Positions 35,904 through 45,217 of a DNA stretch of 64,000 nucleotides are shown here, one piece after another. The stretch is taken from IMG/VR virus record IMGVR_UViG_3300011337_000669. One strand, given 5' to 3'. This stretch comes from a virus. Lineage: Duplodnaviria > Caudoviricetes. The notes beneath the pieces were generated by a model, which saw nothing but the letters and a program-made list of their open reading frames with translations, ran no database searches and was not told the origin of the DNA. Position numbers and translations under genes: made by a program. The stretch's first letter is position 1. Every line of letters begins with the position of its first letter.

Positions 35904-36675
35904 GACTTCTTACGTAACTGAGTCTTTTCTTTTCGGTATCATTAAAATTTGGTTCATCTTCCAATCCATCCATAATTGTATCCAAGTCGGAAAATTCATC
36001 CTTTAGCTCTTCATAATTTTCAACTATCTCAGGTTGTAGTGGTCCAAATTTTTGTTCGTTCAGTTTTCTCAATTCATCTTCCAACTTTTCCAATTCTTCT
36101 TTGGTTGGTGTATATTTTTCTTGGTCAATCTGAGCTTCCATCTTACCTGCCTGAATACTCAATTGGTCAATATCTAAAACCTGCTGAGGTTGTGGTGTTG
36201 AAACTTTTTTCTTCTCGTCTTCTTCAAATTTTACTAACATGTGTAAGAATGAAAGAGAGATTATTGGTAACATTCCACCAGCAAACAAAGATAAAAATCT
36301 CTTATGACCAACATAATCACCTGATTCAACTCCCAAGTATGAAACCAATGGGTCAACTAAATCAACCCAATCCTTAAACGCTGGTGAATTAATATCAATG
36401 TATTGATAAGCAAAGAAGATATTTCCAATGAATTGTATAAGAGTTACAATACCAAACGGGAAATATACCTTAGACCCCATCTGAGCAGATATTGCCGCAA
36501 GTGCTGACAAAGCAGCAATTTCAATACCAACAGACAAATATATTGACCAACTAACAGGATTTGACAATCCATACCAAGAAGTAACGTGAGATATGGAAAC
36601 AAATGCCACAGTTAAAATTGGAACAAGGAATGAAATATAAATTATTGCTTTGAAATTCTTCTGAACCCAATTCAT
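35896..36675 (-). CDS. Multi-pass membrane protein (holin candidate)
   Basis: Four TM helices in the N-half and an acidic cytoplasmic tail; directly upstream of the amidase. Confidence 0.6.
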   Translation of the reverse strand: MNWVQKNFKAIIYISFLVPILTVAFVSISHVTSWYGLSNPVSWSIYLSVGIEIAALSALAAISAQMGSKVYFPFGIVTLIQFIGNIFFAYQYIDINSPAFKDWVDLVDPLVSYLGVESGDYVGHKRFLSLFAGGMLPIISLSFLHMLVKFEEDEKKKVSTPQPQQVLDIDQLSIQAGKMEAQIDQEKYTPTKEELEKLEDELRKLNEQKFGPLQPEIVENYEELKDEFSDLDTIMDGLEDEPNFNDTEKKRLSYVRSHG

Positions 36676-36959
36676 TTTCTCTGTGATTTAAGTTTCTTTA
36701 TCTCATCTTCGATTTCAGTTTGTCTTCTAACATCGAATAATTTTCTGTCAGTTGCCTGAATCATTCTTTTCTCGGCTTCTAATCCTGAAATTTGTAATTC
36801 AATATTTAATTCTTGTTTGGTGTATGTCGAGTCTTTGATTGCGGTTACTTCCTGTCTCACTTTGGTCAATTCTCTTGAATCTCCACAGGACTTAAATAAG
36901 GTAAGTAAAGTAATTACCAATACGATAATCACGAAGTTGTTTTCTATAAATTTTTTCAT
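36672..36959 (-). CDS. Putative lipoprotein or membrane-anchored coiled-coil protein
   Basis: Hydrophobic N-terminus ending LFKSCG. Confidence 0.65.
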   Translation of the reverse strand: MKKFIENNFVIIVLVITLLTLFKSCGDSRELTKVRQEVTAIKDSTYTKQELNIELQISGLEAEKRMIQATDRKLFDVRRQTEIEDEIKKLKSQRK

Positions 36960-37028
36960 GTCGATTTTATTTTAATTTATCCTTAAAATATAAAAGGTGT
37001 ACTTAATAAATACACCCTTTATCACATT

Positions 37029-37826
37029 TTACAAATAATCGAACAGAGAAGCCGTTTCGTTTCTTAATTTTCTCAAAGCCTTTTCTTTAATCTGTCTTAC
37101 TCGTTCCTTAGTCAAATCAAAGTCACTACCGATGTCCTCAAGAGTTCTGGTTGAACCAGATAACCCAAAATAATCTTCGATGATAACCTTTTCCCTTTCA
37201 TCCAAAACATTTAACATGTTCAAAAGTTTTTCTTTCAGGGTGTCATCTGTAGATAAATTTTTATCCGCCGAATCTGCATTAGGGTTAACCAAAATGTCCA
37301 ACAGTGTATCCCCTTCTTCATTGAGGGGATTATCCAAATTAATTGTATAAGGTAAACTCACCATTTTATCGGGTAATGCGACTCCAGCTTTTTCAAGTTC
37401 CTTCTTAGCTTTATGAAGTTCTTGAACAACGTTTACTGGTAGACGAATAGTACGAGCATTCTCATTCAATGATTGCAAGATAGATTGTCTAACCCACCAT
37501 ACCGCATATGAAATAAATCTAAGTCTTTTCGTCCAATCGAAATTCTCAATCGCCTTCATTAGACCAAGATTACCCTCAGCAATCAAGTCACTCAAATCTA
37601 AACCTTGATTTTGATATTGTTTTGACACTGTAATCACAAAACGTAAGTTTCCTACCAACAATTCTTTTTGGATTTCTTTCTTCTCTTCTTCTGTGATAAC
37701 ACCTGACAACATTCTCTCAGCTAGCTCACGCTCCCTCTCAGGAGTCATGACTCTAATCTTTCTGATGTCTTTCAGATAATGACTAATCTCTTCTTGATTG
37801 ATTGGAATTGATGATTTTTCTTTCAT
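37029..37826 (-). CDS. RNA polymerase sigma-70 family factor (regions 1.2-4)
   Basis: YLKDIRK, GNLRFVITVSKQYQNQGLDLSDLIAEGNLGLMKAIENFD, FISYAVWWVRQSI, TLEDIGSDFDLTKERVRQIKEKALRKLR. Confidence 0.95.
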   Translation of the reverse strand: MKEKSSIPINQEEISHYLKDIRKIRVMTPERERELAERMLSGVITEEEKKEIQKELLVGNLRFVITVSKQYQNQGLDLSDLIAEGNLGLMKAIENFDWTKRLRFISYAVWWVRQSILQSLNENARTIRLPVNVVQELHKAKKELEKAGVALPDKMVSLPYTINLDNPLNEEGDTLLDILVNPNADSADKNLSTDDTLKEKLLNMLNVLDEREKVIIEDYFGLSGSTRTLEDIGSDFDLTKERVRQIKEKALRKLRNETASLFDYL

Positions 37827-37827
37827 A

Positions 37828-38403
37828 TTAGTTATTGCTGTAGTTTTGAAGTAGAGTTAATTCGTGTTTGGTAAGGGAGTCCATTCCTAAGACATTTATC
37901 TTATCCAAGATGGTATCCAAAGTTGTTTTAGTTGCAGGAGTACCCATCCATTGTGAAATCTTAGCCTTAATCTCTGAATGCAAGTCGTTTGGAAGATTTA
38001 TTTCGTTTGAAAAACTTATGTCAATATCGTCATCCTCATCATAGTCACTATATAAATCAGTATTCTCAACAACACCTTTCATGTCGATTGAATAGTCATT
38101 ATTCTGACCAGGATTATCTAAATCAAATAAATGTCCAGATCTTTCGTAAGGGACGTGAACTGACACTTTGTCAGATACTTCTGTCAAAATTAGTATTTCA
38201 CTATCAACATGGATAAGCCCAATGATATATTCAAAGATTTCGTCTTTAGGAACCTCTGTTGCGAAGTGCATCATTATAATTCCTCCTCCGAATTGATACT
38301 TCATGTTTGGTGAATCCACCAATGGCGCGACTGCCATTACCAGTTGATTACAACTTTCGTCTGTAATAAAATTACCAATAACTGTGGCTAAGTAGTTTTT
38401 CAT
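37828..38403 (-). CDS. Hypothetical protein with C-terminal 'LDxILDKI' helix module (DUF6576-like)
   Basis: LDTILDKINVLGMDSLTKHELTLL; TATCTTTG at 38423-38430. Confidence 0.7.
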   Translation of the reverse strand: MKNYLATVIGNFITDESCNQLVMAVAPLVDSPNMKYQFGGGIIMMHFATEVPKDEIFEYIIGLIHVDSEILILTEVSDKVSVHVPYERSGHLFDLDNPGQNNDYSIDMKGVVENTDLYSDYDEDDDIDISFSNEINLPNDLHSEIKAKISQWMGTPATKTTLDTILDKINVLGMDSLTKHELTLLQNYSNN

Positions 38404-38419
38404 ATTTTACGTTTAATTT

Positions 38420-38920
38420 TTACAAAGATACTAATTTTCTATTACTCTCAAAATAAACTCTTCCTTTTGTTCCTGAATGTTGCTCGTACCACTTACCCTC
38501 TTTATCTTTCCAAACATATGGATTGGTCGGGTCAACACTCCACCTATACTGAGAATAGAAGTCGAAGTCTTTTTTTAATAGATTGGATTTGTGTGAGTCA
38601 TGAAACTTTTGGTTACCAAACCAATCAGGATAAGTCACCTCCTCATCGATATCCTCCTTATCCATTGTGTTCTTGAATCCACGACTAACCCACTCATCAA
38701 TACTCGCATTCAAGTACATCTTAAGAAGTGGTACATGGTTTCTCCACATAACAGAGCATGGATGGTTAATCCACCCTTTGTAGGGGGTACCATCCAACTT
38801 TAATCTGCCAGTGATTGCACTAATAATTTGATAGGTTTCAACTCGTTGTTTGCCAAGTCTCTTGTTATCAAGGACTCTGAGTGATTCGATTAAATCTGCG
38901 TATGGTAGAAATGTTTGCAT
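38420..38920 (-). CDS. Pyrimidine-dimer DNA glycosylase-like protein (MSMEG_6728 family)
   Basis: MQTFLPY...LDNKRLGKQRVET.QI...GWINHP...MW...HDSHKSNLLKKD. Confidence 0.85.
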   Translation of the reverse strand: MQTFLPYADLIESLRVLDNKRLGKQRVETYQIISAITGRLKLDGTPYKGWINHPCSVMWRNHVPLLKMYLNASIDEWVSRGFKNTMDKEDIDEEVTYPDWFGNQKFHDSHKSNLLKKDFDFYSQYRWSVDPTNPYVWKDKEGKWYEQHSGTKGRVYFESNRKLVSL

Positions 38921-38924
38921 ACCA

Positions 38925-38956
38925 CAAAGATATGGATTAATTTGATATTAGCTCAA
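38925..38956 (-). promoter_or_regulatory. Bacteroidota-type promoter TTG-N21-TATCTTTG, probably leaderless
   Basis: The -7 element ends 4 nt before the ATG at 38920. Confidence 0.75.
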
Positions 38957-39421
38957 CATTAAATTCGATAATCCATCTATTTTAATTTTACAAGCCAAAT
39001 AACTCTCGTAATTCAAATATGTTGGATTTTGTTTTGCAACAACTGTAACCTTACTATGCTCATGTTTCGATAACTTAACAGTAGAGCAATACTTTTTCAA
39101 AATTTGGATGAACTTACTCAATTCCATATTCTCATCCCTATCCAACTCAGAAAAGATAAATTTCATTGCCTTACTTCTTTGAATGAAGTGGTCATCAACC
39201 AACTCAGATAACTCAATATTTTTTGCGGACTCAGACATTAACCCAGTCTTGAAAAATTTACAGTTAGTTACATCCCAAATCGGATTTCTGTTTCTAACAA
39301 AAAACTGTCTTAACTTAGTTTCATCACCTTTAATACTTCTATAACGTATCAGTAATACCTTGAAATCTTCCAAAGTTTCCTCGATTTTGAATAATTGATT
39401 ATGATTTAGATCTCCTTTCAT
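38948..39421 (-). CDS. Hypothetical protein
   Basis: Start moved to ATG 39421, 5 nt after TATCTTTG. Confidence 0.75.
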   Translation of the reverse strand: MKGDLNHNQLFKIEETLEDFKVLLIRYRSIKGDETKLRQFFVRNRNPIWDVTNCKFFKTGLMSESAKNIELSELVDDHFIQRSKAMKFIFSELDRDENMELSKFIQILKKYCSTVKLSKHEHSKVTVVAKQNPTYLNYESYLACKIKIDGLSNLMLS

Positions 39422-39426
39422 AAACA

Positions 39427-39458
39427 CAAAGATAATGGTTTTATTTTATACTGTCAAA
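39427..39458 (-). promoter_or_regulatory. Bacteroidota-type promoter TTTG-N20-TATCTTTG
   Basis: -33 at 39455-39458 and -7 at 39427-39434. Confidence 0.8.
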
Positions 39459-39460
39459 TT

Positions 39461-39486
39461 AAAAACCCCACCGTTGAAGGTGGGGT
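39461..39486 (-). terminator. Intrinsic terminator
   Basis: accccacc-gttgaa-ggtggggt with a U-tract on the minus strand, after the 39493 stop. Confidence 0.85.
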
Positions 39487-39492
39487 CTATTA

Positions 39493-40416
39493 CTACTTCT
39501 TCAAGAAACCAAGTTCATACACCAATGGTCTCATTCTATCTTCAAGGTTCTTATACAACTTACGGAACTCTTTGAAATCTTCTTGAAAATATTCTTTCCA
39601 AACTAATTTGAGTTGAGCATATCCTGCGTCCCACGAGTTAAGGTGGTTTTCTTCGTTTGCCATAACTTGACGAAGTTCCATAGATTTCTCAACAAGTTCT
39701 GTAGCTTTATCCAAAACTAATTTTGCATCAGGAGAAAGTTTACCATAAATTCTTTCTTCACCAAATAGAAGTTTGTGAACATAACGATCGGGAGATGTTC
39801 TCGCGTCGTTGTAAAGTTCATCATATCCGTTTTGGTCCGCAAGTTCTTTCATCTTGTCCACAGACATCCAAAAGAATTCGTTTTTGATGTCCCATAGTCT
39901 ATGCTTGTATTCCACTTGACGTAGAGAGGATTGTTCTGACGAGTTATTGAATAAGGAGTAAATCATAGAATCAACCATAAATTGATTGTATCTTTCATGA
40001 TTTTCATTAGGTGCAAAATACTCATCTTTATCATTGAGCCAATCTCCATTGATAGATTTTCTTGCACAGAATAAAACCAAAACCTTTTTTAGATTTTCTT
40101 TAGTGATAGATAAACCTGATTTATTACTAAAGGCTGAAGAAAACAACGAAACATTAGTTCCGTTATAATAAACATTATTACCCGCATTGAAAAAATATCC
40201 AAAGGCTCCTTCACAAAGTTTACTATAACCCTTTTGTTTAACCTTCAAAGCCGAACTCAATTTCGGAAAATCGAGATTACTTTTTTTCCCTTTAATTTCC
40301 TTTCTAACCCAAGTTGATGCGGTTATTTTGCCATCTACATTGTAAATTGATTTGGTTCCAAGATTTTCAATATCTCCAAAACCTTTATTCTCTAAAATAT
40401 CAAATTTGTATTCCAT
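39493..40416 (-). CDS. C-terminal/specificity part of a type IIG-like restriction-modification protein
   Basis: Directly follows an REase-MTase ORF that ends without a target-recognition region; has no catalytic motifs of its own; has its own promoter. Confidence 0.55.
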   Translation of the reverse strand: MEYKFDILENKGFGDIENLGTKSIYNVDGKITASTWVRKEIKGKKSNLDFPKLSSALKVKQKGYSKLCEGAFGYFFNAGNNVYYNGTNVSLFSSAFSNKSGLSITKENLKKVLVLFCARKSINGDWLNDKDEYFAPNENHERYNQFMVDSMIYSLFNNSSEQSSLRQVEYKHRLWDIKNEFFWMSVDKMKELADQNGYDELYNDARTSPDRYVHKLLFGEERIYGKLSPDAKLVLDKATELVEKSMELRQVMANEENHLNSWDAGYAQLKLVWKEYFQEDFKEFRKLYKNLEDRMRPLVYELGFLKK

Positions 40417-40420
40417 AACG

Positions 40421-40451
40421 CTAAGGTATATTAAATTATTTAATTTTCAAA
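40421..40451 (-). promoter_or_regulatory. Promoter TTTG-N19-TACCTTAG straddling the RM gene split
   Basis: The -33 lies inside the last codons of 40436..41923; the -7 ends 4 nt before ATG 40416. Confidence 0.65.
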
Positions 40452-41923
40452 ATGGAAAAAGAAACCCCCCATTTAGTTGAAACATCATCAAATTCAGAGG
40501 CTTTGAATATAAACCCCTTTTCGAAAGTGAATTGATTTAAGGTTTTGTTTCTGAAAATTTCAAAATCAATTCCTGAAAACATAAGTGGTTTACTAAAAAC
40601 CGCAATATTCATCTTTCCTAATTTTGTAATCCTATAAATAAATTGGGAGTATAGGTTTTTAACTGACATACCCATCTTTTCTTCGTTCATACTAATTTTT
40701 ACTTTAGTATTTTCTACTTCGTTTTTTGAAGACCCACCATCATTCACAATGTTTTTGAAATCATTTACAGTCGCATATGGTGGATTCATCAAAACAATAA
40801 TATCTTTACCTTCTTCAATCGCTCTCTTTAATCCGGTTGGAAGTTTTTCATAGTCATCATTCAAAAAGTCATATTGAAACTTGACCGCCTCAGTATTATA
40901 TCCCATTTGATTTGCAGTATCAATATCGGATTGATTAAGAGTTGAAACATAAAGTTCTTTGAACTTGTAATCACGGGTAAGATTACCTGTTCCCCAAGCT
41001 GGGTCCCATACTACATATTTCTCTTTCCAATCTTCACCAAAAACCGATGCAACATACTCATGGGCTTTGTCCACCCAAATTGCAGGTGTGAAGAACTCAC
41101 CTTGTTTACGACGAGTAGTATCTTCAACAATACGGTCAACCACCGCAGCCAACTTGTGCTTTTGTGATGGTGTATAAGAAGATGAGAAGTGACCGAAAAA
41201 CGATTCAAAAGCATCCCTCGATACAATGGATACTTCACCAAATGATTTGGTTACAACGGTCTTTCTTTTCTTCACAGGATGAAGATAATTATCATCTTTG
41301 TTCACCAAAATTTGAACGAATAAATTTGCTCTTTCATTCGTAGTCAATTTGTTTTTACCCAATACTTTCTCATCAAAGTAACGGAATACCTCAGTGATAT
41401 TTTTATCAGTAACAAGAACTCTTCGTTGAACATTATCGGTCAAGTCTTTAACTTTTTGAACACATTCCATAAAGTCGTCAGAACTGTAAACAAATGGTCT
41501 GATTGACTCATCTTTCATCATAGCCAAAACTAATTCAGCAATGTTATGAGCAGAAGATGGTGCGGTATTCCAATTCAAGTCCATTTCAAGATACTTGATT
41601 ACATCATTAACGTGTAACGTGAGGCATTCATTTCTATCCCCAATGAAAATTGTGGTAGGTGGAATAATTCCCTTGTCATAAAAACGTTTAATATAAAACA
41701 CAGATTGAGCAAGGACCTTCACCAAATCTGACTTGTTAGAGAGATTGATGTCATCCTTGTACTCCATAAGAACTCTTACCTTATCAGATTTGGAAACACC
41801 AAACCCATCACATCCAAATGGAGAAGTAATCTCCATATCCTTGAATTTCTTGAGGAAATTGTGACGGTAGGTGTTCTCTACATCTTTTTCGTTTATAGCG
41901 GAAGTCAATACGTTTGTCATCAT
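40436..41923 (-). CDS. Fused PD-(D/E)xK endonuclease and N6-adenine MTase (type IIG-like), N-terminal part
   Basis: GCDGF...LMEYK nuclease motif; GEFFTP, VWDPAWGTGNL and MNPPY gamma-class MTase motifs. Confidence 0.8.
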   Translation of the reverse strand: MMTNVLTSAINEKDVENTYRHNFLKKFKDMEITSPFGCDGFGVSKSDKVRVLMEYKDDINLSNKSDLVKVLAQSVFYIKRFYDKGIIPPTTIFIGDRNECLTLHVNDVIKYLEMDLNWNTAPSSAHNIAELVLAMMKDESIRPFVYSSDDFMECVQKVKDLTDNVQRRVLVTDKNITEVFRYFDEKVLGKNKLTTNERANLFVQILVNKDDNYLHPVKKRKTVVTKSFGEVSIVSRDAFESFFGHFSSSYTPSQKHKLAAVVDRIVEDTTRRKQGEFFTPAIWVDKAHEYVASVFGEDWKEKYVVWDPAWGTGNLTRDYKFKELYVSTLNQSDIDTANQMGYNTEAVKFQYDFLNDDYEKLPTGLKRAIEEGKDIIVLMNPPYATVNDFKNIVNDGGSSKNEVENTKVKISMNEEKMGMSVKNLYSQFIYRITKLGKMNIAVFSKPLMFSGIDFEIFRNKTLNQFTFEKGFIFKASEFDDVSTKWGVSFSILKIK

Positions 41924-41927
41924 GATG

Positions 41928-41958
41928 CTAATGTAATCATAATTAATTTAGATACAAA
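41928..41958 (-). promoter_or_regulatory. Promoter TTTG-N19-TACATTAG
   Basis: The -7-like element ends 4 nt before ATG 41923. Confidence 0.65.
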
Positions 41959-41974
41959 AAAAAAAATCTCACAA

Positions 41975-44308
41975 TTATTGTGAGACTTTTGAAATGTTGT
42001 CAATCTTGGTGATTCTGACCGTGTTATTTGCCCAATTATTTACTAAAGGGTTGTGGGTAATAACGAATATCTTTTCAAAATAGTCTTTCATCTTTGTAAA
42101 AAACTCGCCTACCATTTCCAAATTATCATTCGATATCTTTCCGAAGACCTCGTCCCAAACAATTACATTTGCCTTTGGTAAAGAACATACCTTAGACAAT
42201 ACGGCTCTCAATGCCATTGCCGCAATTGTTCGTTCGTAACCAGACCCTGAAACCATAAGTTTTTCAACACCAGTCGAGTTATCGATCATTATGAACTCAA
42301 CCTCATTCTTGTCATTGATTCGAATCTCCAAGTTAAAGTAAGCCGAATCCTGTAAAAGTCTTTGAAGTTCAGAATTAATTAGAGGAATCAAGGTCTTCAT
42401 AATCACTTTGGTGATTCCATTCTTACCGTATACTTCAACATAGATTTTATAAATCTTCTCTCTTTCGAACTCTTCAGCAATTTTCAAGATGAGGTCTTTA
42501 TTCTTTTCGATTCTTGATTCAATAGTTTCAATATGAGTTGAGTTTGTATTTTGAACTTTTTCGTAACCTCGTTTCTCATTAATCAATTCGTCAATACGTA
42601 ATCCCGCCTTTAACAACTGAGCATCAATCTCATTGTTCTTCTTGATTTTGTCTTGGACTTCCTCATATCTTTTGAGTTTATCTTTGACTTGTTCCAATTT
42701 GAGTTGAGTGGATTCCAAAGATAACTCATATTTTTCTTTTATGAGCTTGTTTCTCTCATATTCATCGAAGTCCTTCTTGAGTTGTGTAAAGGATTGTTCT
42801 TTCTTTTCGTACCCATCAATTTCTTCTTTAAAGTCTTGAACAAGTCTTTTGAATGAATCGAGTTGTTTAATTTTCTCGTTGGTCAATTTAGCTTCCATCA
42901 ACTTGATACCACAATGGTCACATTGAATTCCATCACCATACTTTTCAATAAGGTCTTGAATTTCCTCAACTTTATTCTCGCAAGTAACAAGTTCAGCGAA
43001 TCTTGATTTGATAACCTCTTTTACGTTATCATGTTTATCCTCATGATAAAATTCTTTGGGTTCAACTATCTTAATACTCTTGATGTCCTGTTCGGTCTTT
43101 TGTTTCGAGTCCTCTAAGTTGCTTATCGAAGATTGTAATAACAATGGATTCAAGGTAATGAGTTCTTTATCCAAATCAGTGAATTTGGATTTCAACAAAT
43201 TATCTTTATAATCCTGCCCCTTCTGAAGTCTTTTGTCGACATCTGAGATGTTTTTGGACATCTCGATAATCTCATCCTTCATTCGGATAATCTCCTCACC
43301 AGAGGTCTGATTATCCTGTTTAAGAGACTCTGTATTATACACATTAGAAATCATTCCTTTGGAGAATTCAGAATAAAGTTCTTTACCAGTCTCTTCCTTT
43401 TTCTTAAGGAATTCTAAGCCCAAGAATCGAGTTAATACCTGTCCACGAGCAGTTGGTTTTGCGTCCAACAAATCCTCAAGGTTGGATGCTGTTGTAACAA
43501 TGGTCATCAAAAAGTCTTCCATACTTCCGATGGATTTCTTCATGAAGTTTTCTGTCTCACGTCTTTGTTCACCAGTGAAGTTTTGAAGTTGACCATCAGC
43601 AAGTTTCTTGAAGAACTCAAGTTCGGTCTTAATATTCCATTCACCAGCCTTGGATTTCTTTCTTTCAATTTGACGAACAATCACATAGTCTTCACCATCG
43701 ATTGTGATGTCACCCTTAACACTAACTTTATTTACATCAGTAAACCTGTTGAAGATTTCTTCAGCCTTTTGAGTTTTGGTTGTCGTGTTAAAGAACAAAA
43801 ACAATAGAAGGTCAACGGTTAATACCGTCTTCCCTCCAAAGTTTGGTGGATCCGATTCAACTACAGTAATCCCATTACACTTATCAAAATCAATTACTTG
43901 GTTTTGTCCGTAAGATAAGAAGTTATCGAACTCAATTTTTTTGATGTACCATCTTTTGAATGGAGTAACCTCAACTTCGTTTGCCAACATTCTGTTTTCA
44001 ACCGCAAGGTCGATGTTCATTAGTCGGTCAAAATATTGTTCTTGACCTTTGGATTCCAAATATGTTTTTACCAACTCTGTCTGATAATTCTTATCCATGA
44101 TGTTCACTGAAACATCAATGGTCTGCATGGAGTCTTCATCCGATGTCTTCACTTTGGTGATTACATTAATGTTTGTTGAAGAATACTTTTTTATAAAGTA
44201 CTGCTTCACAGACTTAATTCTTTCCTGAGTAAAGTTTTCTGGTGAGTCTTCCCAAATCACCTGAATGTAAGGGTTTTCGAGTTGACTGATATCAAGTTTT
44301 GTTGCCAT
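41975..44308 (-). CDS. sbcC: SbcC/Rad50 (gp46-like) SMC ATPase
   Basis: IEFDNFLSY, Walker A PNFGGKT, coiled coils with CDHC Zn-hook, signature GSGYE, Walker B VWDE, FVITH; start moved to MATK at 44308. Confidence 0.92.
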   Translation of the reverse strand: MATKLDISQLENPYIQVIWEDSPENFTQERIKSVKQYFIKKYSSTNINVITKVKTSDEDSMQTIDVSVNIMDKNYQTELVKTYLESKGQEQYFDRLMNIDLAVENRMLANEVEVTPFKRWYIKKIEFDNFLSYGQNQVIDFDKCNGITVVESDPPNFGGKTVLTVDLLLFLFFNTTTKTQKAEEIFNRFTDVNKVSVKGDITIDGEDYVIVRQIERKKSKAGEWNIKTELEFFKKLADGQLQNFTGEQRRETENFMKKSIGSMEDFLMTIVTTASNLEDLLDAKPTARGQVLTRFLGLEFLKKKEETGKELYSEFSKGMISNVYNTESLKQDNQTSGEEIIRMKDEIIEMSKNISDVDKRLQKGQDYKDNLLKSKFTDLDKELITLNPLLLQSSISNLEDSKQKTEQDIKSIKIVEPKEFYHEDKHDNVKEVIKSRFAELVTCENKVEEIQDLIEKYGDGIQCDHCGIKLMEAKLTNEKIKQLDSFKRLVQDFKEEIDGYEKKEQSFTQLKKDFDEYERNKLIKEKYELSLESTQLKLEQVKDKLKRYEEVQDKIKKNNEIDAQLLKAGLRIDELINEKRGYEKVQNTNSTHIETIESRIEKNKDLILKIAEEFEREKIYKIYVEVYGKNGITKVIMKTLIPLINSELQRLLQDSAYFNLEIRINDKNEVEFIMIDNSTGVEKLMVSGSGYERTIAAMALRAVLSKVCSLPKANVIVWDEVFGKISNDNLEMVGEFFTKMKDYFEKIFVITHNPLVNNWANNTVRITKIDNISKVSQ

Positions 44309-44398
44309 ATTTTTGTAGTTAAAGGTAGGTATAGGATTGAATAAATCCCATGTTTGTACGTGTTGACCGTTGCGTTTCATAATCGAACCATAATAACA

Positions 44399-45217
44399 TT
44401 ATGAAATCGCTCTTCCTTTCATTTTTTCCCAATCTCTGTTTTTACGGATTTCATCATTTGTTTTTTGTGCCGCAATCAACACATTATCAGTTGTACTTAA
44501 CTGTGTGGTAAGGTAAATGAGTGCAGCCAAGTCTTTTGGAAAACAGTGTCCTCCGAATCCAAAATCACCATCAGGTCCAGGAACCCCCCAATGTGATTTA
44601 CCTAATCGATTATCCATTGTCGCGTATTCAACTACCTTATCGTAGTCAATTCCAAGTTTTCCACACAATTGATAAATTTCATTCGCGAACGATACTTTCA
44701 CTGACAGGAAAGTATTAGTTAAATACTTAACCATTTCAGCGTGAGTGGAATCAGTCTTGATTATATGAGAGTTAGGAAAAACTTTCGAAAAAATTTGTTT
44801 GAGTTCTGTTGTCGCAGGTCTTGGTCCCCCTAATATAATTCTATTTTGGTTCTCATAATCACTTACCGCATTTCTTTCGGTGAGAAATTCCGGATTAAAT
44901 ACAATTTGTAAATTCGGGTATAAAGAATTGATTCTTACTGTGGTTCCTGGAGAGACTGTGGATTTAATAACTACTATCTCACTTTTTCCGAAGTCAGAAA
45001 TATCTTTTATTGTATCCTCGACTAAGGTAGTATTACAATTACCATCTTGATTCATTGGTGTTGGTAAACACACGAATACAATTTTGCTTCCTATGGTGTC
45101 TATTTTTAATGAATTACACTTTGTAGAATCAAGGTCATAAGTGTTAACCTCATAATACTTTTTGAATTTTTGATAAACAGCGTTACCAACAAATCCTTGT
45201 CCAACAATTCCAATCAT
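44399..45217 (-). CDS. UDP-glucose/GDP-mannose dehydrogenase family protein
   Basis: GIVGQGFVG, FVCLPTP, IKST, FNPEFL, AEMVKYLTN, GFGGHCFPKD. Confidence 0.92.
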   Translation of the reverse strand: MIGIVGQGFVGNAVYQKFKKYYEVNTYDLDSTKCNSLKIDTIGSKIVFVCLPTPMNQDGNCNTTLVEDTIKDISDFGKSEIVVIKSTVSPGTTVRINSLYPNLQIVFNPEFLTERNAVSDYENQNRIILGGPRPATTELKQIFSKVFPNSHIIKTDSTHAEMVKYLTNTFLSVKVSFANEIYQLCGKLGIDYDKVVEYATMDNRLGKSHWGVPGPDGDFGFGGHCFPKDLAALIYLTTQLSTTDNVLIAAQKTNDEIRKNRDWEKMKGRAIS

